Below, piece after piece: positions 36,202-50,824 of a DNA stretch of 64,000 nt (position 1 is the stretch's first letter; each line of letters starts with the position of its first letter). The notes beneath the pieces are model-generated. The model worked only from the letters and a program-made list of their open reading frames with translations, was not told the origin of the DNA and searched no databases. Position numbers and translations under genes: made by a program. This DNA is from Eledone cirrhosa. Taxonomy: Eukaryota. The stretch is taken from contig OZ024756.1 of assembly GCA_964016885.1 (NCBI GenBank), positions 40,548,001 through 40,612,000 of the forward strand. The letters are read 5' to 3'.

Positions 36202-38634
36202 GCGTACGTGTGTGTATATATACACTAGTAGTAATAATTGTTTCTACTTTTGACACAAGGCCAGCAATTAGCCAGTGCATTACTGGTACTTTATTTTATC
36301 GACCCCGTAGGGATGAAAGGCAAAGTTAAACTCGGCGGGATTTGAACTTAGAACGTAGAGGGCCACAACTCTATGCACCAAAGCATGGCGTCCGACCCTC
36401 TACCGATACTGCCAATCCACCTTAGGCACAAGGCCAACAATTTTAGGGACGAGGAAAGTCGATTAAATCGATCAGTACATTACTGGTACTTTATTTTATC
36501 GACTCCGTAAGGATGAAAGGCAAAGCTAGCCCTGCCGGGATTTGAACTCAGAACGTAAAGTACTGTAAAATAATAGTAATAAATGTAAAAGGCGGGAGTG
36601 TGACGAAACTGGTTCTGACCAGCGTTGCTAAACAACAGTATTTTCTATTAAAAGTCTGCTGTTTCAGCAGACTTTTTCTCTGGAGAAATGCGACACTGTT
36701 GTCATTGCTGTTTCAACGAAGGTCAGTCCTGATTATATAGACCTATGATCAAAAATATTCCAACTGTGACCACCACGTCTTATTTATCGAGGGTAGTGTA
36801 TCATTACACATTTCAACTGTGACCTCCCCGTCTTATTTATCAAGGGTAGTGTCTCCTTACTTTATACTTCTTTCCTTTTCCCACCCATCAACCCACGAGA
36901 ACTATTAGGGAAACCGAGGTAAGAATCGAAACTATCATAGAATGTGGTGGACTATAGACATTAACCGTTACCTTGACGAATCAATAAGGACGGAAAGTTC
37001 TGTGTTGTCGCTCGACTTGCTAGAAATAACAGCTAAATTTTCTTGAAAATCACACACCGTTGCCGTCTTTACAAGGCCAGCCGTTATCCCGGTGCATTAC
37101 TGGTGCTTTATTCTATTGACCTCGTAATGTTGCTCTGGCTACAGAATAATTTAAACGAGATTGTTGTGGCAGTTTTACTTAATGACCAGGACTGACCCGT
37201 GGCTAAAACAACAACAGCATTTATCTAATCAAAAAATAAACAAAACAAAAATAAAACGAAACAAAATAAAAACCACTATTTATAATTGGCCTTTCATGGT
37301 AATGTACTGTTTGTTGAAAGTGAGAGGAAGAGAGATTGTGTATGTGAAATAAAGAGGGCGGAGAGACAGTGAGAGAAGCAGAAAGATAGAGAGTCTTGTA
37401 TTTTCGAAAACAACTAAAAACTTTCTCCTCAAAGGTAAAGGACGTTATTTTTATTTTGTTTCCACACAACCTTGACCCGATTAATTACCCATATCTATTC
37501 TAGCTCCGTCCTACTAACCCTTTTAATGGGGTTCTTTTTGTGCCTTTATCTCTTATTTATCTATTTATTTGTCTGTTTATTGGAGTGAGAGAAAAAATGT
37601 TTATCTTTTTACGTTGCTCTGAATATCAGCGTTTGTTAACGGTTTTGTAAAGAACCATGGTAAAATATAGGCTTTCAACTGGCGGTAAAACCTTAATGGT
37701 GCAACGAAGGGCATCAGTCCTCCGCATATGTCTCTGTAGCAGTTATTAAATAGACAATGATACCTCCATATGTAATACCTACGCACATAAAATACTCACA
37801 TTATATACATAATAGACAATATAGATAGAGAGCCCAACACTCTAACCACTAGGTTATGTAACCCCACCATAACCCTTTAGCATACAGAACTGGCCGCAAC
37901 CGGCAACTCATACTGATGTTACGGTATTGTTCTAAAAATAAATAATATCAAAATGTCTTAGATTCGATATTATGTGAGACAATTGTATATATAGAGTAAC
38001 GTAAATGTTAAAGGGTTAACCAGTATTCCATTATTAGTATTTTTAATGAGTCATCAGGGATAAATTTGAAAACGTCATTTAATATCTGTTTTCCCTGCTA
38101 GCAATGGTTGGACAGGTCATTACAGACCAAGTCAGTACTGAAGTAGAGTTACTGACCACTCAGATGGTAGCAGAACTAGGAAGGTTATGTCTTTGTCAAC
38201 AGCTGAAGAGTCCTCTAAAAAGAAAACGTCATTCAAGTATCTCAAAGCAAGTCAGGAAATCATCATTTAATGTTCACTTTCCCTGCTAACAAAGGTGGGT
38301 TTACATAGACCAAGTCAATGCTGAAGCAAGGCTACTGACATCCCAGACAAGCAAAGGGGTCTGTATCTCTCCTACATACGGTCATTATCGAGTACAGATA
38401 TGAAGTTGTCATGTCTTTTGACACAACTAAAGGATCCTCCTAACCTCTTGTTTGGCAAGCTTTCTATAGCTGGATACCCTTCCTAACACCAACCACTTTA
38501 CAGCATGTACTGGGTGGTTTTATTGTGTAGATCACCAGTACTAGAGAGACTGTCATGTCCTTGACACAACTGACGGGTCCTCTTAACCCCTTGTTTAACA
38601 AGCTTTCTATGGCTAGATGCCAAAACTTTCTTAA

Positions 38635-38855
38635 CCCTTTAGCATTTAAACCGGCCATATCCGGCCAGAATTTTCTCACTTCTTTCTGTTCAAACCAGCC
38701 GTAACTGGCCACTCATCATGATGTTAAGGTATTGTTCTCAAAATAAATAACCTCAAAATCTCATAGATTCAATATTATGTGAGATAATTATGTAAGATAC
38801 AGCCTTTACTGTGAAAATATAATAGTAATTATAGAGTAATATAAATGCTAAAGGG
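38635..38855. mobile_element. TTAA-flanked MITE (piggyBac-type); further degenerate copies ~37872-38015, ~43125-43314, ~61331-61498
   Basis: TTAA|CCCTTTAGCATTTA ... TAAATGCTAAAGGG|TTAA. Confidence 0.9.
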
Positions 38856-39375
38856 TTAAGGAGTAAATCAGATTTACATTTTCCTTGATCTTGAACTCAT
38901 CATCATCATCACCATCATCGTTTAACGTCTATCTTCCATGCTAGCATGGGTTAGATGGGAATTGTCCCACTTGAGGCAAGATTGGTTGGGTGACCGTGTC
39001 TCGCTTGTATAGGACTATCTGGCAGGTTTTCTATGGCTGGATGCCCTTCCTAACACCAACCACATTTACAGTGTGGACTGGGAGGTTTTTACCGTGTTAC
39101 CTACATGGCCACATTACAGCATGGACTGTGTTTTTATTTTTGTCGTGACACCTACACGACCTCATTTATTTTGGACTGGATGTTGTGGTACCAACATAAC
39201 TTTACAGAGAAAGGGTGGTGTTGGTGGGAGTGGGAGGATGGAGTTGGGGTAGTGGGTTGGGGTGTATATTTGCTAATCACTTTCACACAAAAGAAACTGT
39301 ATATTGTTTATTTCAGATGGTAATTGCAAGACACTAGAATGTTCTAAAAGGTTTTGTAGAAGCTTTAATGAAACC

Positions 39376-42300
39376 ATGCCATGGATAAGTAGTTATGCAT
39401 TTTCACGGGTTGCTTTCTATCCGTCCTTGTTCTATAACTTGTGTATGAATAAGATAAGCACCCGGCAATGGTATAATCGCATCGATGAAACAGTCATTTT
39501 GGGGGCTTTACCTCTGCGAGTGATCAGCAAGCAGGTGAGTTGGTCTTTCCTGTTATAGTCCAGAGGCTACAGTGTCTGGCATTCTCTTTTTTTTAAAATA
39601 GATTAGGCTGCTATTTCTAACAGGTTGAGAGACTATCTAAGGTACTCTTATTGTCAATCATATTGGAGCTTGAAATGTGGTGCTGGATTACCGTAAAATG
39701 GGTTGAAATCGTAATGTCTGTATAGGACCTTCTATTCTAGTAGTGGTGCCCTGATGTAATACACCCAGTACACTCTGTATAGGTCTTTCTATAGACATGA
39801 TATGGTGGTGCCCTGAAAGAAGACAATTTCTCGTGCTTTTGTGCAGTGGGATGAACGTGGAAAGATGTAATTCTTGTTAAGTGAACTTCCTCATTGCACA
39901 GTGAACATGTTGGCAAGTATCACTTACCTGAGGCTCCCAGGTAAACATGTGGCAAGTATCACTTCCCTGAGGCTCCCAGGTAAACATGTGGCAAGTATCA
40001 CTTATCTGAGGCCCCCAGGTAAACATGTGGTAGGTATCACTTTTTTGAGGGTCCCAGCTAAACATGTGGCAAGTATCACTTCCCTGAAGCTCCCAGGTAA
40101 ACATGTGGCAAGTATCACTTATCTGAGGCCCCCAGGTAAACATGTGGTAGGTATCACTTACTTGAGGGTCCCAGCTAAACATGTGGCAAGTATCACTTCC
40201 CTGAGGCTCCTAGGTAAACATGTGGCAAGTATCACTTCCCTGAGGCTCCCAGGTAAACATGTGGCAAGTATCACTTACCTGAGGCCCCCAGGTAAACATG
40301 TGGTAGGTATCACTTACTTGAGGGTCCCAGCTAAACATGTGGTAGGTATCACTTCCCTGAGGCTCCCAGGTAAACATGTGGCAAGTATCACTTACCTGAG
40401 GCCCCCAGGTAAACATGTGGTAGGTATCACTAATCTCAGGACCTCAGTTAAACATGTGGTAGGTATCACTTACTTGAGGGTCCCAGCTAAACATGTGGTA
40501 GGTATCACTTACTTGAGGGTCCCAGTTAAACATGTGGTAGGTATCACTAATCTCAGGACCTCAGTTAAACATGTGGCAAGTATCACTTACCTGAGGCCCC
40601 CAGCTAAACATGTGGTATGTATCACTTACTTGAGGGTCCCAGCTAAACATGGTAGGTATCACTTACTTGAGGGTCCCAGCTAAACATGTGGTAGGTATCA
40701 CTTACTTGAGGGTCCCAGCTAAACATGTGGTAGGTATCACTAATCTCAGGACCTCAGTTAAACATGTGTGAAAGTTGGGTTAAATTCTATTTTCAGCTTG
40801 TCAGAGATGAAAATGTAACTGGGGTAATCTCTGCTAACCTTGACCATGAAGTTAAACATTTCACTCCAACAGAAGAGGTAAAATAACTTTTGCTCTTTGA
40901 TATCATCATCATCACCATCACCATTATCATTACCACCACCACCATCATCATCATCACCATCACCACCACCACCATTATCATTACCACCACCACCATCACC
41001 ATCACCACCATTATCATTACCACCACCACCATCATCATCATCACCATCACCACCACCACCATTATCATTACCACCACCACCATCACCATCACCACTATTA
41101 TCATTACCACCACCACCATCACCATTATCATTACCACCACCATCATCATCATCATCATCACCATCACCACCACCACCATTATCATTACCACCATCACCAT
41201 CACCACCACCACCATTATCATTACCACCATCATCATTACCACCACCACCATTATCATTATCATTATCATCACCACCATCATCACAACAAACCTTGCAGCA
41301 TATAGTTACAAGTTCTGAGTTCAAATCCTGCCAAAGTCAACTTTGCATTTCATCGTTTCAAGGTTGGTAAAATAAAGTACCAGTAATGCATGGGGTGGGT
41401 TTAGTGTGATCGACTTATTCCCGTGGGAGTAGAGTCCTCAAACACTTCTTCCAGCGGGTCCTGTCAGAAGTCGCCATCTCAAATTGATCCAGCTGTCCAG
41501 CAATTCTTTCCTGGGACATTCTAACCACATGTCCGTAATATCTTTATGTTCTGATTTCAAATCTCACCGAGGTTAGCTTTGACTTTCATCCTTACGGGTT
41601 CGATAAAATAAAGTACCAGTAATGTACTGGGGTCGATTTAATCAACTTTCCCATCCCTCCAAATTTCTGGCATTGTGCTCATCGTAGAAATCATTGCGGT
41701 GGATTGGCAGTATCAGTAAAGGGTTGGACACCATGCTTTGACGCATAGAGTTACGTCTCTTGCCATTCTGAGTTCAAATTCTGCCGAGGTTAACTTTGCC
41801 TTTCATCCTTACGGGGTCGATAAAATAAAGTACCAGTAATGCACTGGGTAATTGCAGGCCTTGTGCCAAAAGTAGAAACAATTATTGCTGAGTCTCTCGA
41901 GACGTGTGTAACTAGGACGGAGTAAGTCAGTTGAATTTTATGAACTTATCGAAACTTTTATATAGTCATTTTTACATTGTTGTCTAGTTAAAGAACCCTT
42001 CTTTCAAAGGAGGTGGTTTTTTTAACTGTATCTCTTGCCCTTAAGGGCTGAATTTGTATTTATTTACAATCGTACCCCTCAATTTTTGTTAAAAAAAAAA
42101 CATGGCGGACGAAAATAATTGTCCACAGGGAGGAACAGCGGGTTGTTCAGAGGGTAGAACAGCCGATTCTGTCCAATCACAAGGCAAAGGCAAGGACAAC
42201 AGAAACAGCAGCAACCACAGTGGCTGTGGTGGTGACAACAGCAGCGACTAGAACAGTAGCACCAGTAGTGCAAATTAGGAAGATCAGACAGCAACCCTCG

Positions 42301-44940
42301 GAAGTCTCCCTCCTATTGGGGAATTTTTCATTGTTTCTTTTTTTGTTACATCCTCTGTTTTTTTTGTTTTGTTTTTTTACACGCAGAAATGCCCATTTGT
42401 AACGTCCTGTACTGTCCTGTGTTGTCCTGTACTGTCCTTAATGTTATACTTTGTGTCAACCCTTGTGGTTAATAATGAAAGCATTATTATTATTATCTAA
42501 AATTCCTTTTCTTCACTAATTTGCTTGTTGCAGGAATGGAGAAAAATGGGAGTTGATTACCTTAGACTGAAAATTGTTGATTTTGTCGGTACTCCTTCTC
42601 CAGAGCAAATTAACCAGGCTGTGAATTTTATAGACGATCACAAACAGCATGGCAAATCTGTGTATGTCCACTGTAAAGCTGGTCGTACACGGAGTGCCAC
42701 CCTTGTTGCTTGTTATTTGATAATGGTAAATTCTGTTCTACTTTCTAATAATAATAATGAAATTATTATGTACAGTGCTCAGGTGCACTACAACTCATCA
42801 AAGGTGCATGTATAGTACATAGAATAATGTACAAATGTCAGGAAAGTCAACAGTGTATGAGTCATGATATACATGTGTGTGTGTGTATGGAGGGGGAATA
42901 CCAGGTGTAGTGTTGGCGAATCTCAGGAAGCATGGAGGTTTTAAAGGATGCAGTGTCCCCAGAGCTAACAACTCATGCAGGTAGTTTGTTCCATGCTTCA
43001 GCAATTCTGAACGTGAAAAAATGTTTCCGAAAGTCATGGGGGCTGTGCTAAAGAGTTTTTTATCCACATTCACTATTCTGTCTGCCTGTCTTAACTTTTT
43101 CATTACCATCATCATCAAACTCTTTACCATTTACATTACTCTATATATACTATTATATTTTCATGGTAAAGGCTTTACCTCACATAATATCAAATCTGAG
43201 ATTTTGATATTATTTATTTTGAGAACAATACCATAACATCAGTATGAGCAGCCAGTTTGAACAGAAGGAGGTGAAAGAATTTTGGCCGGATACAGGCAGT
43301 TTAAATGTTAATGGGTTAAGATCCTATATGACATGAAACCACATGAGACAAAGTACAAAAGAACACTATGACTGCGTCACATTAAAATTGAAGTCTTTAC
43401 TCTAATACAGCAAATTTTCACGACAATCTGTCCTCTAGAAATTATAGTATAAGCATTTAAATTAATAACAACTGCTTTTAAATATTTTCTGCTAAATCAT
43501 TACAGGATGTTAAGAGATAATGTTTCTCAGTAAAAAGCTCATTAAACTTCTATTCAGAGCATCACTAATCTATATATATAAAGCTGTGGTTGTCTGTCTG
43601 TCTATCGATTTTTGGCACACATCTCCTCTTAGAATCTCTGACGGAATTGCACCGAAATTGTTATACTTGTACATTGAGCCCTAGCGAAGACATCGGAAAA
43701 AAATATTTCAAATTGACCCACCCTGTGTGACGAAATCGAATCTAATGTATCGATTTTTGAGCGTAAGTGACGAGTTATTTCCCTTTAAAGCTGTGGTTGT
43801 CTGTCTGTCTATCGATTTTTGGCACACATCTCCTCTTAGAATCTCTGACGGAATTGCTATACTTGTACATTGAGCCCTAGCGAAGACATCGGAAAAAAAA
43901 TATTTCAAATTGACCCACCCTATGTGACGAAATCGAATCTAATGTATCAATTTTTGAGCGTAAGTGACGAGTTATTTCCCTTTGTTCTGTTTACATTGAG
44001 CGTCTTACGTTGTTTTTCTCTGCGTTGCAGTGTTTACATTTTTGATCTTTGTTAATAAATAACCAGTGCAGTTTTTATCCCCAGCATCCTCTTTTGTTAT
44101 AACATTGGGGTTATCGTTATGTTTTCTTAACTTCATAAGGCATATTGTTGGTTGAGGGAATATTAATCAAAAACACCACATGCAAGTCTGCACAGTAGAC
44201 ACTACAGTTTTTATGCCAAAAAAGAAACTTAACATTGTAACTTTAACACAGCTACTGAGCGACCCCGAGCAACGCCGGGCTTTACTGCTAGTATAATATA
44301 TATTTAAACGATATATGGATGGTCATATTTGGGAGTACGGCTATTTAAATATAACTTAATCATTATGTGAATAATGTTTTTATTTAACACCTAAAGTTGC
44401 ATTTGCATTATATGTATTAAATCCTAATTTTCTTCTCAATTGATATACCTCCATATATCAGTTATGTAATAAACAATATAAGATAATTATTTCATTTACC
44501 AGTGGTTTCTTGAAAGCAAATAAATCTGCTTTCAACCTCCATATATCATTTAAAAATATATTTTATATATATATATATGTCAAAGCAGGCATTTTGTTTT
44601 GAAGACAGCAAGTGACGTTTGAAATTTAGTAGAAATAGAAGATTTTGCTATGTTTTAACTGAATAAATTAGCCTGGTTTTAAAACCCTCTAAATGGAAAA
44701 GTATCGGGCTAATTTCTTTGTTCAAAATACAGCAAAAGCTTCTGTTTCTACTTTATATATACATACTTATATCTATCTGTATCTCTCTCGTTTCAGGTAA
44801 ATGGGTGGGACAATGAGAAGGCTTGGGAGCATGTTGTCGCTTGTCGACCTCATGTTCGGATCTTTAACGTTCAAAAAAAGTTCCTCAAACATTTCTACTT
44901 TATCAACAAAACAACCTATGACGAAGAGCAACTTCAGTAA
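39376..44940 (+). CDS. PTPMT1: PTPMT1-like phosphatidylglycerophosphatase, paralog B (4 coding exons, ~191 aa)
   Basis: Exons 39376-39534, 40797-40877, 42534-42725 and 44797-44940. Motifs [51 protein letters not shown] and RPHV. Internal exon sizes (81, 192) match paralog A. Confidence 0.92.
39903..40768. repeat. 39-bp minisatellite (~22 copies) in PTPMT1-B intron 1
   Basis: Unit AAACATGTGG(C/T)A(A/G)GTATCACTTACCTGAGG(C/G)TCCCAG(G/C)T; 13-aa period. Confidence 0.95.
40900..41283. repeat. (CAT/CAC)n compound microsatellite
   Basis: ACCATTATCATTACCACCACC repeats. Confidence 0.95.
43569..44291 (+). mobile_element. Non-autonomous Helitron
   Basis: A|TCTATATATATAAAG 5' end, subterminal hairpin CCCG-AGCAACGC-CGGG and CTAG|T 3' end, no TSD; internal ~200-bp tandem duplication (43580-43784 vs 43785-43983). 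Confidence 0.8.
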
Positions 44941-46630
44941 TTTACAGTTTCTATTAAAATATAACACATTTCAGTAACTTACAAATTTCGCAAATAAATG
45001 ACAACAAAAGGTTTCACATTATTTCATTGTTGTGTTCTTTTGTAATTGAACTGTGGCCATGCTGTGGCACTGCCTTCAAATTTTAATCAATTAGTATGTT
45101 TCTTATTTTAATGGAATGGCTAAGTCCACCTTTGGCGTAACACAATGTCATTCAACAAGGTCTTACACAGATATTACATATATATACATCATCATAATAA
45201 TTTTACACAGACACATATATGATTTTACACATACACACATATATAGAGATGCACACATATATACATGTACAACATAATTATTTTACACACACACATACAT
45301 CGCCTTAATTATTTTACGTTTGCTTTTCCATGCATGTGTGGGCTGGCCAAGTTGTTAAAGACTAAGTCAGAGCTAGAGATTATTAACTTAGGAGATATAT
45401 CAGTATGTTAAATATCCTTCTTTAAATGGTTACCCCATTACATTAGTAAATCCTGCAATAAAGAAGGATCAAGAATATATTTGATACAATAGAAACAGCA
45501 CCCAGAAAAAATACCCAAATGACACTGTTTGTATATTACAAAAAGGAAATATACCCTGGTTATAGAATGGATGAATAATACATCATGACAAAACATATCT
45601 CTCTATCTCTACTATTCTGAAACTGAAAGTTAAATTATATTACGGTAAAGAGCCCTCCTATGAGATGCAATTTCAAAGGAAGCCAGCTAAACCTATGTAG
45701 GTGTGAGCTGTAACGTGATAAAGCTAGGGCACCTATCATTAAAACATTAGGGACACCTCCCATGAGATATAACCTAGGAGGTTAGCTAAACCTTTGTGGC
45801 ACATGGCCAGCAATTTGAAGGGGATGGGGTAAAGCTGATTAAATCAACCCCAGTGTATTACTGGTACTCTAATCGATCTCGTAAGGATGAAAGGTGAAGC
45901 TAACCTCTGGGATTTGAACTCAAAACGTAAAGGGGTGTAACTCTGCTGCGAAGCATGTCCGATGCTTTATTGATACTGCCAATCCATTGCTTTTAATAAT
46001 GTTTCTACTTTGGGCACAAGGCCAGCAATTATTCCAGTGTATTACTGGTACTTTAATGGAGGAATGATATCATTTATATAGTGTGATATATATATCTAGC
46101 GTACGGTCTAACTTTTCATGTATGACTGGTCGATATAAAATGGCAATCAACAATCACATTGAAATCAAGAGGGGTGTAGTTCTATAGTAATACCCTTTAT
46201 TCAATAGCTAATTACAAATAACATAAAGATATGAAATCATCAGGAATATATATAACGAAGAAAGTGTGGTAAGGAACCAGGTGGATCATAACGCACCAGA
46301 GTACTCGATACTTTGTGTAGTAGAGTGGGTAATAGGAAAAGAGTCAGGACCCTGACGGCTGAGCTCCGGCCGTTTCAACAGCTAGATCCAAAGCTCTGCC
46401 GTCGGGGTCCTGACTCTTTCCCTATATATATATATATATATAAATAGAAGGAATATTTAATTTGTTGGAAATTCAACAAATATAAATGTTTATAACTGAT
46501 TCAGAGCACTCGACAGATTTTCTGGAGTAAATATTCCATGATATTAAATAAATGGAATGACTACCCAAGGAAAATTCAACTGATAAGGTATGTTTCCTTG
46601 GCTATGTCAAAATTTATAAAACACATTTCG

Positions 46631-46692
46631 TATTTTATCTGATGAGAGCGTACCAAAGTTTTTGGTACCCTTGAAATATATATAATAGAATA
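46631..46692 (+). ncRNA. Type I hammerhead ribozyme motif
   Basis: Stem I TATTTTAT/ATAGAATA; CTGATGA 46639-46645; stem II GAG-c-GTACCAAA-gtt-TTTGGTAC-c-CTT; GAAA 46673-46676; palindromic ATATATAT stem III; cleavage after A46684. Confidence 0.78.
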
Positions 46693-46736
46693 AATATGGT
46701 TTTATAAATATAGTTTCCATTTATTTAATATCATTG

Positions 46737-46773
<37 letters not shown>

Positions 46774-46884
46774 ATATTAAGCAGTTATCCCGCATATAAT
46801 ATCTTGCTTGGCTGCCGTTCCTCCAACTTCTCTTCATTATCTCCTCCTGCTACCACTCCTTTTTCCTCCTCCTTTCTCATACAA

Positions 46885-49609
46885 AACACACTGCCAGCTA
46901 TACACCACACACATACACACTGCCAGCTATACACCACACACACATACACACTGCCAGCTATACACCACACACACATACACACTGCCAGCTATACACCACA
47001 CACACATACACACTGCCAGCTATACACCACACAAATACACACTGCCAGCTATACACCACACACACATACATACTGCCAGCAATACACCACACACATACAC
47101 ACTGCCAGCTATACACCACACACACATACACACTGCCAGCTATACACCACACACACATACATACTGCCAGCAATACACCACACACATACACACTGCCAGC
47201 TATACACCACACACACATACACACTGCCAGCTATACACCACACACACATACACACTGCCAGCTATACACCACACACACATACACACTGCCAGCTATACAC
47301 CACACACACATACACACTGCCAGCTATACACACCACACACATACACACTGCCAGCTATACACACCACACACATACACACTGCCAGCTATACACCACACAC
47401 ATACACACTGCCAGCTATACACCACACACACATACACACTGCCAGCTATACACCACACACATACACACTGCCAGCTATACACCACACACACATACACACT
47501 GCCAGCTATACACCACACACACATACACACTGTCAGCTATACACCACACACATACACACTGCCAGCTATACACCACACACACATACATACTGCCAGCAAT
47601 ACACCACACACATACACACTGCCAGCTATACACCACACACACATACACACTGTCAGCTATACACCACACACATACACACTGCCAGCTATACACCACACAC
47701 ACATACATACTGCCAGCAATACACCACACACACATACACACTGCCAGCTATACACCACACACACATACACACTGCCAGCTATACACCACACACACATACA
47801 CACTGCCAGCTATACACCACACACATACACACTGCCAGCTATACACCACACACACATACATACTGCCAGCAATACACCACACACACATACACACTGCCAG
47901 CTATACACCACACACATACACACTGCCAGCTATATACCACACACACATACACACTGCCAGCTATACACCACACACATACACACTGCCAGCTATACACCAC
48001 ACACATACACACTGCCAGCTATACACCACACACACATACATACTGCCAGCAATACACCACACACATACACACTGCCAGCTATACACCACACACACATACA
48101 CACTGCCAGCTATACACCACACACACATACACACTGCCAGCTATACACCACACACATACACACTGCCAGCTATATACCACACACACATACACACTGCCAG
48201 CTATACACCACACACACATACACACTGCCAGCTATACACCACACACACATACATACTGCCAGCAATACACCACACACATACACACTGCCAGCTATATACC
48301 ACACACACATACACACTGCCAGCTATACACCACACACACATACACACTGCCAGCTATACACCACACACACATACACACTGCCAGCTATACACCACACACA
48401 TACACACTGCCAGCAATACACCACACACATACACACTGCCAGCAATACACCACACACACATACACACTGCCAGCTATACATCACACACATACACACTGCC
48501 AGCTATACACCACACACATACACACTGCCAGCTATACACCACACACATACACACTGCCAGCAATACACCACACACATACACACTGCCAGCTATACACCAC
48601 ACACACATACACACTGCCAGCTATACACCACACACATACATACTGCCAGCTATACACCACACACATACACACTGCCAGCTATACACCACACACATACACA
48701 CTGCCAGCAATACACCACACACATACACACTGCCAGCTATACACCACACACATACATACTGTCAGCTATACACCACACACACATACACACTGCCAGCTAT
48801 ACACCACACACACATACACACTGCCAGCTATACACCACACACATACACACTGCCAGCAATACACCACACACATACACACTGCCAGCTATACACCACACAC
48901 ACATACACACTGCCAACTATACACCACACACACATACACACTGCCAGCTATACACTACACACATACACACTGCCAGCTATACACCACACACATACACACT
49001 GCCAGCTATACACCACACACATACACACTGCCAGCTATACACCACACACATACACACTGCCAGCTATACACCACACACATACACACTGCCAGCTATACAC
49101 CACACACATACACACTGCCATCTATACACCACACACATACACACTGCCAGCTATACACCACACACACATACACACTGCCAGCTATACACCACACACACAC
49201 TGCCAGCTATACACCACACACATACACACTGCCAGCTATACACCACACACATACACACTGCCAGCTATACACCACACACATACACACTGCCAGCTATACA
49301 CCACACACACATACACACTGCCAGCTATACACCACACACATACATACTGCCAGCTATACACCACACACATACACACTGCCAGCTATACACCACACACATA
49401 CACACTGCCAGCTATACACCACACACATACACACTGCCAGCTATACACCACACACACATACACACTGCCAGCTATACACCACACACATACATACTGCCAG
49501 CTATACACCACACACATACACACTGCCAGCTATACACCACACACATACACACTGCCAGCTATACACCACACACATACACACTGCCAGCTATACACCACAC
49601 ACATACACT
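46885..49609. repeat. ~2.7-kb CA-rich satellite, 30/32-bp unit
   Basis: Unit CACTGCCAGCTATACACCACACAC(AC)ATACA repeated across the whole interval; it produces the spurious >900-aa ORFs. Confidence 0.97.
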
Positions 49610-50736
49610 GAAAGCTGAGTGACAATCAAAATGGGAGCCTCCCCGCGGCTGGCTGTTCGGATGTTGATCGATTGTTTTTCCCTTGACTGACAGGCGGCGT
49701 GTCTTTCATTGATCCACTGCCCGGGGAAGGAGGTGGGATTAGTTAGGCACACACACCATTACATATTGTACACATATAGACACGCACGTATGCATATATA
49801 TATATATATATATATATATACACCAAACTCGTCCCACGGACTGAGTGCTCTACCACTATGGATATTTCCTTCTACTGTTCTACCTTTATATATAGGCATT
49901 CATTCATAGATAGATACACACACGTATATATACAAACTCACACATACACACATACATATCCACTAACACATCGTGTGTGTATATATCCACATACATGTTT
50001 TGCTATGTAACCAGGATTTTTATTTCCTATTTAGAACCAAAAGTAAAGAGTTGTGTGAACAACACATTTAAATATTAGGAGTGTAAATCAATTTATTAAA
50101 ATTAATTAGAACCGCAGTAAAAAGAAGCATTAGTCACGACTAGTAAGGGAGACAACTCTGAAATGGAAATAATACTGAAGAGAGAATGTGATTTTTGTCA
50201 CATACTTGTTTCTGTCTTATTAGACATCGTTTGTGAAGCATTGCCTAGCGGTTACAAACGAATATCTATGTTTGAGTCAGATCGATCATACTGATTAAGA
50301 CCTAGAGCCAATCATCTGTGAAACACGTAACTTTCACTATGCAATAAAAAAACAAAACATTTAAAAGTGAAAGTTATATCTTTCATTAGAGTGTGAGACC
50401 CTATGTAAGCAAAGAATGCGAGCGCCCAGCCTGTCTGGGAGGTCAGTAGATGTGTTTGGCTCCGGCCAAATTAAGACCCGTCCAACCGTTGTTAGTTGGA
50501 AAAGTGGACGATAAAGGATGGTGATATATATAATAAAGTGATAAAATATAAATATAATAATAATAATAATGAAAGCACCATCCCCTTAAGCCAGAAGAAA
50601 GGGAAAAAATTGACCAAAAAGTTAAAAAAATAAAAGGCCAGGTGAGGGGGGGGGTTAAGAAGAATAAGTTAATACAAAGTAAATAATGTAGAAGTAAATA
50701 ATGTGAGATGAGAGAAAACTATTGGTACCGCCTGCA

Positions 50737-50824
50737 GTGACGTCATTGGACACGTGATCGGGGCGGGTGCAGTGATGATCGACGCCCGCCATTTTGACGA
50801 AGAGTGACAGCGTCTGTATGTGAG
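50737..50824 (+). promoter_or_regulatory. Probable PKNOX core promoter / first non-coding exon
   Basis: CpG-enriched cluster: CRE TGACGTCA, inverted CCAAT (ATTGG), E-box CACGTG, GC box GGGCGG and YY1-type CCGCCATTTT, followed by donor GAG|GTGAGC at 50824. Confidence 0.6.

Noticed and set aside
46762-49618. 949-aa and 936-aa ORFs
   Set aside because: Translation of a stop-free CA-rich satellite; no coding signature.
50172-50215. CTGAAGA followed by a hairpin
   Set aside because: Stem II-like helix present, but followed by GTTT instead of GAAA and no stem I/III.
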